Shown here: positions 10,697 through 20,191 of the stretch, piece by piece | Position numbering within the stretch: the first letter of the stretch is position 1 | Layout of the letters: each line of letters opens with the position of its first letter | Origin: Mitosporidium daphniae | Taxonomy: Eukaryota | Assembly: GCF_000760515.2 (NCBI RefSeq) | Contig: NW_013546534.1 | Span: 1 to 45,931 of the forward strand | DNA length: 45,931 nucleotides | Direction: 5' to 3' | Notes under the pieces: generated by a model | What the model saw: only the letters and a program-made list of their open reading frames with translations | What the model was told of the DNA's origin: nothing | The model's database searches: none | Made by a program: the position numbers and the translations under genes

Positions 10697-12255
10697 ATGT
10701 CTTCCAATGATAATGGCTGCCAGCCAGAGCACAACGGCAATCCTCACCGGCATGAGAAAGTGGAAAAATTGACATTTGAAAAATTTTCAAAAGAGCTTCT
10801 CGTCCTTCCCGATAAGCACAGAAGGGCCGTGGCATCTATTGGTTTGGACTCTTCTGGCGTTCGGATGTTTACCGCTGGCTACGACCACAACTTAAAGCTT
10901 TGGGAAAAGGGGCTGTTGTTTCGAGAAGACGAAGAGCCATTTGGCACATATCCCCTTCGTGCAATCGGTTTTTCCTCTCGTAGCGAAAAAGTTCTCATAA
11001 TACCCCGCTCCCCTCAGCCTGCTTTGGTGACAAGAGATGGTCGGCTAATGTAGGCTTTTTCCCCCAATGCATCACCACTTTAGATATGAATTTCCAAGAG
11101 GCGACCCGTATCTTTTAGACAAGCGCAAAACCATTGGCCATTCTGGAGCCATGTGTGGCGGACAATGGCATCCCGTCATTTCCGAATGCTTTGTTACGGG
11201 ATCTGTCGATGGGACCATTAGGACCTGGGATGCCCACTCGCGCGGCTGTGCCTCTGTAATTATGGCAGGGCCAAGGATCCAGCTTTCGGCTGTTTCTTGG
11301 CTTCCAGATGGATCTGGAATCATGTCTGGATCTAACGCCGGTCTGGTTCAGCTTTGGGTCAACAATAAAAAGCAGGCGTCGCTGTCCCTGCCCCAAGCAG
11401 CGCTAATCACCAGCATTGCGTTCACGAAAAACGAAAGCGTTGCAATTCGATCCATGGACGGCTTTATCAGGCTGTGGGATATGCGGAAGCTTTCCCCAAA
11501 AGAGCCTCTTGCATCTGTCTCTGCCTTGCCAACTGCATTCGAGGAGGCCGATCTCGTCTTATCTCCGGACGGGGCTCTCCTTGCCACAGGCATATCGAAT
11601 GACAGAGAAGGGCCTGGATCGCTTAAAGCATTCGATTCCAAGACGCTTGAATTAAAGGAAGAAGGTATGCAGGCGCATGTGTATGTTATCCTTTGTAGTG
11701 GCCACTGGAGCCGGAGTTGTTCGAGTTGCATGGGACTCACATCAGCTTGTGATGGGCTTGTCTGATGGTTCTATCAACCTGTTCACGGAAGACAACTTTA
11801 CCCCTCGGTGCTCTTCATCTTCTGTCGCCAAAAAGGCCGCCCAAAAGGGCCAATCTGCCGATCTTGTTTATGCAGACGTCGATATTAACGCCGGTGTGTA
11901 TGCCCCGGAGACGGATCCGCTTTATGATGAAGATTTTATAGACCTGGGGCCGATTCCGACCCGCAAGCGGCCGGACCCCATTGCCACAAAGAGGCCCGAG
12001 CTGCCCCCCATTTATGGGCCCGGTAAAGGCGGCAAAATTGGAACGTCAATTTCGCAGCACATTTTAAAGCACTTTATACCGGACAGGAGCAGAGGTATGG
12101 TGTATTCCTTTAACTTTGTAGATGACGATCCAAGAGAGGCTCTTTTGAAGTACGCAAAGATTGCAGAGGAAGACCCCAAATTCGTTACGCCCGCGTATAC
12201 GAAAACACAGCCAAAACCGATATTTGCAAAGCCAGCTGCAGATACAAATAAATAG
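10697..12255 (+). CDS. WDR70: WDR70/Gad1 WD40 protein; introns 11050-11083, 11665-11698, 12095-12121
   Basis: EFPRGDPYLLDKRKTIGH, RPELPPIYGPGKGGKIG and DDPREALLKYA...PKFVTPAYTKTQPKPIF match conserved WDR70 blocks. Confidence 0.9.
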
Positions 12256-12411
12256 CCATTGTAAAATACAACGCAACCCTAAGTTTCGCGTTGAAATTCC
12301 GTGCAAACAAGCTGACAACACATTGAAGCTGAAGCCCAAGGTTTGTGTGTAAATAATAAATTGGCCCGAGCCGAAATTGTAAATTTGAATTTGTACTCGG
12401 GCGCCAACAAC

Positions 12412-13910
12412 ATGCTTGATCACCAACAGCTGTCCCCGGCAGGCGGCGATTCCCTCTCAGCTCTTCACCTATCGCTTTTATCCGACACCACATCCTCGTC
12501 GTGGTTGGATGCAACCGCTGAAAATCTGCTGAAAAACTCAAATTCCTCGTCCGCAAATCTTTTTGAGGATTCAATGTATCGCTCCTTTGTAAGGGCTCAA
12601 GGCGGTATTGCTCCCGCTGAAAATTTAGACATCACAGATTGCTCCTTTTTTGAGGATACCTCGACCTTTACAAGGAAAAATGGCTCTCAGTTTTCTTCGT
12701 CAACTGACGATGCTTCCCAAATTTCTTCTTCTTCTCGCCAAAGCTCGTCCTATCATCATGTTCCTTCAAAATTTTTAGACTCGATTTCCATCAATCACAA
12801 TGACTTTAGCCAAATGAGGCTCAATTCAATTACCGCTGACACGTCCAGCATTTTTCTTGGCAGAAATCCGCTGACTTTTTATGAACCGCTTCCTGCGTCT
12901 CTCAAGGGCTCAGGATCTTCGCTCAATAAGGTCAAAAGATTCCTTGCTGCAATTAAGGCGTCCCATTATTCGATGCAGCCTCCCCAAAAAGACTTTTCTT
13001 TCTCGGTATCCCAAAAAAGCCATCATCCCTTTCTGGATGACGATTACTCTATTGAAAAAATAAAAGCTATCCCAATTTCGACCCATCCCTCAAGGAAAAC
13101 CGAGCCGCATCACAAAAGCGACAATGTAATTGAAAATGCTAACCCTTTTTAGACTCTTCAAAGCAAAAGAAAACAAAAAAAGTCAAAAAAACAACCCCCC
13201 TCAATAGGAACGGCTGCAACGGCCGTGATGGAGCCTAAAACGGCTGCCGCCAGCAATGCTAACAAGAAGCTACCAGCACCAGATTCTTTGCAGAGCATAA
13301 TTGATGTCGAGAATGAAAAAAATCGGACCCAAACGGATCCGTTTTGGACGCGGTTTGATGGCTGCAGGTTCTTTCAAAGAAACATCCACGACTATGTGCA
13401 TGTAAGTGAAGCGTTGCCCGATTTTACTGATAGGAAACGGTCTTAAATGACGGCTATGATCATGTGCAGGTGTTCAGAATATACACCTCTGGAATAACCA
13501 TAAAGTTCTATTCCAACGCAAGTGCAAAAGAAAAACTTCCCGTCGACTTCAAGGCATCGCCGGAACTGTCTGACTTGGACCCCGCCCTTCAGGGGTCGAT
13601 ATTTTATTATTTAAAAAAGGGGCTGCAGAAAAAACAGATCATGGCGAATAACGACGTCATCCACTACTACTTGGATACCGGGATCACATGCATCATATGT
13701 GCCAAAACCGGAACTAAAACCTACAAATGGCCAAACGGGCAGGTGGAAAAGTACTTTTCCTCTGCAGCATCGCTGCCTTTTGGGAGAGCCCCAAACTCAC
13801 AGACAAATAACGAAAGGCCGCGTTCTGAGCTGATCCACGAAATTGTATACCCCGATGGAACCGTTTATCAAAGGCTGGAAAGTGGCAAGACCTTTTTTTC
13901 AAAAAAGTAA
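12412..13910 (+). CDS. SAS-4/CPAP(CENPJ)/TCP10-like protein, ~479 aa; introns 13126-13152 and 13402-13433
   Basis: Low-complexity Ser-rich N-terminus. C-terminal KQIMANNDVIHYYLDTGIT...YKWPNGQVEKYF...EIVYPDGTV matches the TCP10/G-box pattern (KQVMPDQRVIYYYA...FSSGQIEKHYPDG.KEITFPD). Confidence 0.68.
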
Positions 13911-14128
13911 ATTGATGTAAATTTTGTTTGCAGCACGCCGCGGCCTAAATTGTACCTTGATTGAGGTTGCCTTGGAGCATTTGTAAATTTTTTATTCAAC
14001 ACTTCCTCGGACGTCTTCAAACATTATGGCCAATGGTTTGTTCTGGACGGGGTCGTCTTTAGTCTCCTGATGATATGTTGGGCGTTTTGGGCGATCGAGG
14101 TCAATTGTGCCCATACTCCACCTAGACC

Positions 14129-15319
14129 ATGAATACTCATTTCCTCGGGTATTGTTCGGAGCAAAAGAACCAACATCAACAGCAGACCTACTTTTCGGAT
14201 CGGGTACCAGAGGACATGATGGCCATGGAGCACGCCTCGGCATTTCCGCAGCCAACTCCCAACTCGATGATATCATCAAACGCCATGTCATTCCCGATGG
14301 TGCAAAACATGAGCTTTCAATTCCCTCATTTCCAAAAGTCTCAGCTCGCTAGAAGTGTGCCGTACATGGAGGATCCGATTGAGCGGCTCAAAGTGTTCTT
14401 GGCAACGGCGCCCTCCAGTTGGGACACCAAGGATTTGATCCGTCGCTTCCCCCTTGGAAACGGGGAAATCGTGTCGTGCATTTATTGGAAGGGCCTTTTC
14501 TACGTAACCGGCACAGACATTGTCAAAATCCTGCTTTTCAGATTCCAGTTCATCCAACGACCCATCATTAACACGAAAAAATTTGAGGAAGGCATTTTTT
14601 CGGACCTTAGAAACCTGAAGCCGGGCCTTGATGCGGCGTTGGAGGAGCCGCGATCGGAATTTTTAGAATTGCTGTACAGAAACGGGTGCATTAGAACGCA
14701 GAAAAAACAAAAGGTCTTCTACTGGTACTCCGTACCGCACGAGAGGCTGTTTGTAGATGCCCTTGAAAGAGACCTGAAGCGCGAGTCGAATTTGATTCAC
14801 GTCAATGCTTTCCTTGGACGCCACCAGGCGTGTTTCCCCTCGTATCTTCCGCATAAATTGGCAAAGGTTTCCCCACTTCTTATGTCTCCTGCTCCCCTTC
14901 AACATCAACGGACAATGATACCGATGGAGGCGGCGGGATCGAGCCACCCAGCCATGTCGTTCCAGAGTCATCAACCGGCGCAAGCGCCATCTTCCCAAGG
15001 GACGCTTGCAAATGCAGCACCGCCCCTGGCGATCCCGCAACCCATCAAGGCATCGTCCGGATATTTTTCCCACGGACTGGATACGTTTTTCACGGGAGAA
15101 GACCGGATAACAGGGCTAACAAGTGCCAAGGATTTCAGTGTGGACAAGGATATGTTGAAATCCCATCCCTCGTCCATGGCCGACACGTCATTTGACGATT
15201 ATTTCGGATCGGACCTAACCTGCCTATCATATTCCAGTAATCTTGGCCAGCGTAACACATATGCTGCTGTTCCGGACGGCGTCATTAAGAGACCCGATCT
15301 CTTTGATACGTTTATTTAA
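14129..15319 (+). CDS. STE12: Ste12 transcription factor (STE homeodomain, no C2H2 fingers)
   Basis: LKVFLATAP...VSCIYWKGLFYVTGTDIVK...KKFEEGIFSDLRNLK...CIRTQKKQKVFYWYSVPHERLFVDALERDLKRE. Confidence 0.97.
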   Translation: MNTHFLGYCSEQKNQHQQQTYFSDRVPEDMMAMEHASAFPQPTPNSMISSNAMSFPMVQNMSFQFPHFQKSQLARSVPYMEDPIERLKVFLATAPSSWDTKDLIRRFPLGNGEIVSCIYWKGLFYVTGTDIVKILLFRFQFIQRPIINTKKFEEGIFSDLRNLKPGLDAALEEPRSEFLELLYRNGCIRTQKKQKVFYWYSVPHERLFVDALERDLKRESNLIHVNAFLGRHQACFPSYLPHKLAKVSPLLMSPAPLQHQRTMIPMEAAGSSHPAMSFQSHQPAQAPSSQGTLANAAPPLAIPQPIKASSGYFSHGLDTFFTGEDRITGLTSAKDFSVDKDMLKSHPSSMADTSFDDYFGSDLTCLSYSSNLGQRNTYAAVPDGVIKRPDLFDTFI

Positions 15320-15542
15320 TACGGAATGAATTGGTCATGTAATAAATTATTGTTTCGTACTTTTCGGATCGCATCCCATGCATGAGCGGCTACCATTTTG
15401 AAAGGCCATGCTTTGATGGGTGCAGGCGCTGCCGGTTGCCGGCCCAACTCCCAAAAGGGAACGCTAAATTTTGGGCAAGCATTTAAGTCGAGTTAATTAA
15501 TTTAGTTTTTTCTTGTTGGCAACCACCCAGGCCCTTCCCTCA

Positions 15543-16311
15543 ATGACTACAGTATCGATTTCCGGGCTAACTTGGGTTGGTTTTTATTGGTTGATAATCG
15601 TTATAGTGGACCTCTGATGCGGACCTGTTTCGTCTTTGCTCGGAGGCTGGCTGCAGCCAAAATCTTCCGAAATTCATCACGTTCCAGGAGCAGCAGCCAA
15701 CTGGAAAAAGCAAGGGAATAGCCGAGCTGGAGTTTGAGTGCGAAGAGGATGGATCAAAGCTTTATTCTTATCTAAAATCACATCAGATCCACGGACGCAA
15801 ACCTACTGTCGAGTTGGAAAAAAAGGTCTCATCGTGTAGGAGAAACCACTCGCCCACAAACCCAAGCTCAAATGGTCGCCATTCGCACGCCCCAACAAGC
15901 ATAAACAGCCGTTCACACTCTACAGAAGACCAATTGCGATCTCCAAGATCAAGGTCAAAAGGCCGTGCCAGTGTTCATAGACGCAGCGATGAGATAGACC
16001 AGAAAAAAAGGGACAAGAACCCCGATAGAACCAGTGAAGGCAAAGGCCGCACATTTTCAAAGGAAACCCGCGAACACAGAACAAGATATTCGACTCGCGA
16101 TTCTCGCAGAGCCGAACCAAGTCACAAATCGCGGGATAGCGCCTCTAGAGATCTATCAAGCAAGAAGAGAGAGAGATCAAATTCCAGGGGAAAAGACCAG
16201 GCATCTTTGTCAACCAAACCCCGGGGGAAAGGCTACGAATCCGCCGTTCCCAGTTTCAGCTCCAGCTCCAATTCAACTAAACTTGGGCAATTTTCGACTA
16301 CGAAATATTAA
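15543..16311 (+). CDS. CPSF6/CPSF7 (CFIm68/59)-like RRM plus RS-rich protein, 245 aa; intron 15576-15606
   Basis: Spliced RRM MTTVSISGLTWWTSDADL...TGKSKGIAELEF...IHGRKPTV matches CPSF6 GNLTWWTTDEDL...NGQSKGFA...LHGQNPVV. Arg/Ser-rich tail. The ORF track misses the RRM. Confidence 0.82.
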
Positions 16312-16383
16312 ATTTTAATTAAAACGTGCAATTCTCCCCCTTCCTTCCCTTTCCCCTCCGCCTCCGTTTATTCCATTCCATTG

Positions 16384-17235
16384 CTATTTGATTTTCGTCA
16401 AAATGTGTTTGGTAATCAAATCGATGGCAACGAGGTTATCCTTTCCACGGGGGATGATGATATCTGCATTTCTAACGGACGGCTGGATGAAATCATCAAA
16501 CGAAGGCTTGACAAAGCGGTTGTATTGATCGAGAACCCCGTTGAAATCCCTCCTTCGCTCATTGATATCGCGTTTCAGGCGACGAGCGAGTCGAACGTCA
16601 GAATCGGTGTCGACAAAAATCTTCATATCCATAAGGTCAAGTATTTCGCGGTCGTAAAGTGCCAGAATTCCCTCGAAAATAACAACCTTGGCCTTGTGGA
16701 TGTGAACGCTTTCAGATGTTCTCGAATGTATTTTAAAATCATACACCGGGATATCTACCGGCTCCAGATTCTTCAGCTTTAACAAAGTGTCATACAGCAG
16801 CGGAAATTCAAAGGCGTCCGGGTGGTCAAAGTTGTATTCATTTGCATACGCCTTCTTTGATGCCTCTGGAGAAAGGCATTTGTAGAACGAATCCATCGAG
16901 ATCAGTACCACATTAGAGACATCATTGATGTCTCTAATGATGGCCTCCGACACAGACGTCTTTCCAGAAGCAGACCCTCCCGCAATTCCAATAATAAAAA
17001 CCTGATTGTCGCCGGCACTATTTAAACGCTCCTTTAAAAGAGAAGGCTGGATGGCCATTGGAGGAGGAGAAGGTCGGCTCCCATTTAAATAGCAATGAAG
17101 AGGAGTGGAATACACAGCGGAACCATCTTTCGAATTGATATTGCAAATTGAATTGGATTCCTTGCTTTTATGGTCCTCCTCTTTGGCGCAAGCAGGATCG
17201 GCAGATTGGGTATGGGATTGGGATGGGGGTGCCAT
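16384..17235 (-). CDS. URK1: Uridine/cytidine kinase
   Basis: IGIAGGSASGKTSV P-loop, MDSFYK, NFDHPDAF, IFEGIL, KIFVDTDSDVRLARR. Confidence 0.95.
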   Translation of the reverse strand: MAPPSQSHTQSADPACAKEEDHKSKESNSICNINSKDGSAVYSTPLHCYLNGSRPSPPPMAIQPSLLKERLNSAGDNQVFIIGIAGGSASGKTSVSEAIIRDINDVSNVVLISMDSFYKCLSPEASKKAYANEYNFDHPDAFEFPLLYDTLLKLKNLEPVDIPVYDFKIHSRTSESVHIHKAKVVIFEGILALYDREILDLMDMKIFVDTDSDVRLARRLKRDINERRRDFNGVLDQYNRFVKPSFDDFIQPSVRNADIIIPRGKDNLVAIDLITKHILTKIK

Positions 17236-17282
17236 TTATCGCTGTTTGCAAAACGGGTAAATTTTTTTTAAAGTTTATGCAA

Positions 17283-18092
17283 TTAAACCAAATCGGTGTG
17301 AGTTATTCCCAGCTTTTTCATCAGGCAAAAATACCGCTGAAGAGATTGGCGTTTGAGGTACGATAGCATCCTCCGCCTCCTCTGGATGGTTTGGATCAAA
17401 ATTTTTTGCGCGTGAAAATCGTGTCTATTGGCCTTAAGATGCTCGGTCAGTTGGATGGCCTTGTTTGTCATCACTCCAACTAGACATTAGAAACGGTTCA
17501 AACAAAGCGCGCATGTAGGGGGAGTAATGGTCGACACTTAAGTGGCGTTTCAATAGCTTACCAATAACTTACCGATGACTTCTGGGCTTCCTGTGTCGGT
17601 TTGGTGCGCCTGGAGATCATGGATGATTGCCTCTTTCCTAGCATCAAAAAGATCGCCCTTAGTAGCCATCTTTAAAGACAAAATGTATTTAATGACATCC
17701 GGCGTTTCTTGGAAAAGCTCTGCTGGAATTCTAGGCAGCAAAGCACCTTTCACCGATTCAAGGGTTTTGTAATAGGTTTCGTGAACACATTTTGACGATG
17801 TGTCTTGAGAGGCTAGCAGACGGTCCATGAAAACCTTCCTTGGGCCAACATATTTGTCCCTTTGGAGCATTGTGACTTTTGGAAGCCCAGCGGCCATTCT
17901 TTCTCTATTTTTGGCGACAGCGGTCTTTGTTTTTGGATAGTCAGTAATGTTTGTTTCAACGACATTTGGAATTCGGCATTTTTTTGTCCTGAATGCAGCT
18001 GCGGGAAGCGAAATGATGGGCGATGGCGAGCTCGCACCAGACATCGCATAACATCGACGATGTACAAAGTGTGAGAGGCAGAATCGAGTCAT
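17283..18092 (-). CDS. Mitochondrial ribosomal protein uS15m; 93-nt intron 17480-17572
   Basis: Spliced DTGSPEVI|VGVMTNKAIQLTEHLKANRHDFH...QRRRRMLSYLKR is the S15 signature. Arg-rich presequence. Confidence 0.9.
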
Positions 18093-18164
18093 TCCACTTT
18101 GAAAAATACTTTTCCGCTAAAATTTAATTGATCAATTAAATTCAACTTAATATTTTAATCTCAA

Positions 18165-19066
18165 ATGGTAGGTAGATCCATCCCATCTTCAATTAATGAT
18201 GCATTTCATCCGTCATGCACGGCCCCAACTTGCCATTCCTATGCTTTCTAAATGGTCCGTTTTTAACACTTTGCTAGGTATCATCTAAAAAGCCAGTTGC
18301 AAGGGCTCCAGTGCTGAAGACCACAAAGCATGTAGCAAAAAAGGTTGTGAAAAACCCACTTTTTGAAAGCCGCCCCAAAAACTTTTCCGTTGGATGCGAC
18401 GTGCAGCCCACTCGCGATCTGTCTCGTTATGTAAAGTGGCCCGAGTATATCCGTCTTCAGCGTCAAAAGGCCATTTTGATGAAGCGTCTAAAGGTCCCCC
18501 CCACCATCCATCAGTTTTCTCGCACTTTGGATAAGAACACTGCCACAAATCTTTTCAAGCTCCTTAACAAATATGCACCGGAAACTAAACCCCAAAAGGC
18601 AGCTCGTCTTCAACAACAGGCAGTCAACATTATTGAAAAGAAAAGCACCGAAGGCAGCAAAAAGCCTTGTTTTGTCAAATCCGGAATCAATCATATTACC
18701 GCTCTAGTGGAGGCCAAGAAAGCTTCGCTTGTGCTGATTGCTGACGACGTCGACCCTATCGAGTTGGTTCTTTGGCTCCCAGCACTGTGCAGGAAGATGG
18801 GAGTTCCATATGCTATTGTCAAGGGAAAGGCCCGTCTTGGAACTGTCATCCACAAGAAGACCGCCACTGCGTTGGCTTTCACCGAGGTTCGCCCAGAAGA
18901 CCGTCAATCTCTTGCAGCCTTAGTAACTGCCATCAAAGCCAACTACAACGATCGCTATGATGAGGTTCGCAAGCAATGGGGAGGCGGTCTTCTTGGAATC
19001 AAGTCAACCGTCGCCGCCAATAAGCGTCGTATTGTTGCAGAAAAGGCTATCGAGGCTCGCATGTAA
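18165..19066 (+). CDS. RPL7A: 60S ribosomal protein eL8 (L7a / yeast L8); 110-nt intron 18168-18277 immediately after the ATG
   Basis: [61 protein letters not shown]...TTAAC...CTAG joins in frame. Confidence 0.97.
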
Positions 19067-19100
19067 GTTGCCTGGCCTCTCGTCTGGTTCAATAAATTTA

Positions 19101-20191
19101 TTATATAAAACCCCGGGCCGCGCCACCCAACTCCAGGGGTAGCTTTGCTGTCCCTCGGGCAATGGTGGTTTGCTTACCTGTCATTCGGCATGCTATGCTA
19201 AATTCGGGATTATTGCCGATGATCCATTCAGCAGACTAGACAGCCACATTAGGCAATGCTTGTTCATACCTGTAGCGTGTGCAGGGTTTTCATAAACTTC
19301 AAGTCTTGATGCCACGCAAAATTGGCTCCAATTGAATGAAAGTTTGGGATACCTAGCGCAAAATTGGAGGCAAATCAAAATACCGAGAAATTTTGCCATG
19401 CCGTCAATTATGGATGCCACTTTGAGGTTAGGGTAGTGATCGTTAATATTGGCTACAAAAGAGCGCCTTGATTTTGAAGCCCCCATTGAGGATATGAAAA
19501 AATCGGGAAACTCCTTTGGCTTTAGTGCCTTGGAAAGCATTTGCAAATCTGAACAAAAAAGGGCCGTGCCATGGTGGTATGCACACCCCCGCGCAATTCT
19601 AAAAGCAGAGCCAGAAACCTTTTTCTCGCTTAGGAAAAGATCGTGGAACGTTGACGTACGCAGCAAGGATGCAGGAATTTCTGCCTGCAGCGAGGTGCGA
19701 AGCGCCTCGATTCCTCTTTCTCGCCTAAACAAATGCTTTGGCGTAAAAAGAGAAAAATTCAAGTTTCCCGGGTCATGATATACCGCTCCCCCTCCGCTCA
19801 TTCTCCTTGCGGTTGTAATTATGGATGGATCGCACTCGTTCCAAATAAGCTGGTTGCGGCCAATCACCACGCAAGGCTTGTTAACATAAAAAAGAAGAAC
19901 CCGATACTCGTTGTTGAGATCAACGGCCTCCTCCAAAAAGCTCAAAATCCATTCCTCCAGGGCCAAATGCTGGAAAACAGGGGCAGGGTCCAGGCTACGG
20001 ATGCAGATGTGCTTTTCGCGCGAAATGGCGTCTGCAAGCTCACCAACCGACGGCAGAAAGGAAGACGAGCGATAGGGCCTACACAAAAGCAAAGACCGCT
20101 TCAAACTTGGGGGCTTTGCTAAGTTGAACAATTTGGGAAAATTGATTTTTATTTCCAATCGATACCCTGTGGTACTCAGCCCATTCAACAT
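19101..20191 (-). CDS. Lipoate-protein ligase A / lipoyltransferase (Aim22/LIPT1-like); introns 19353-19383 and 19236-19269; start uncertain (ATG 20191 or TTG 20131)
   Basis: PCVVIGRNQ, RRMSGGGAVYHDPGNLNFS, KKVSGSAF, YHHGT. The spliced C-terminus LQSAEWIIGNNPEF matches the family SWEWxxGxTPxF. Confidence 0.9.
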
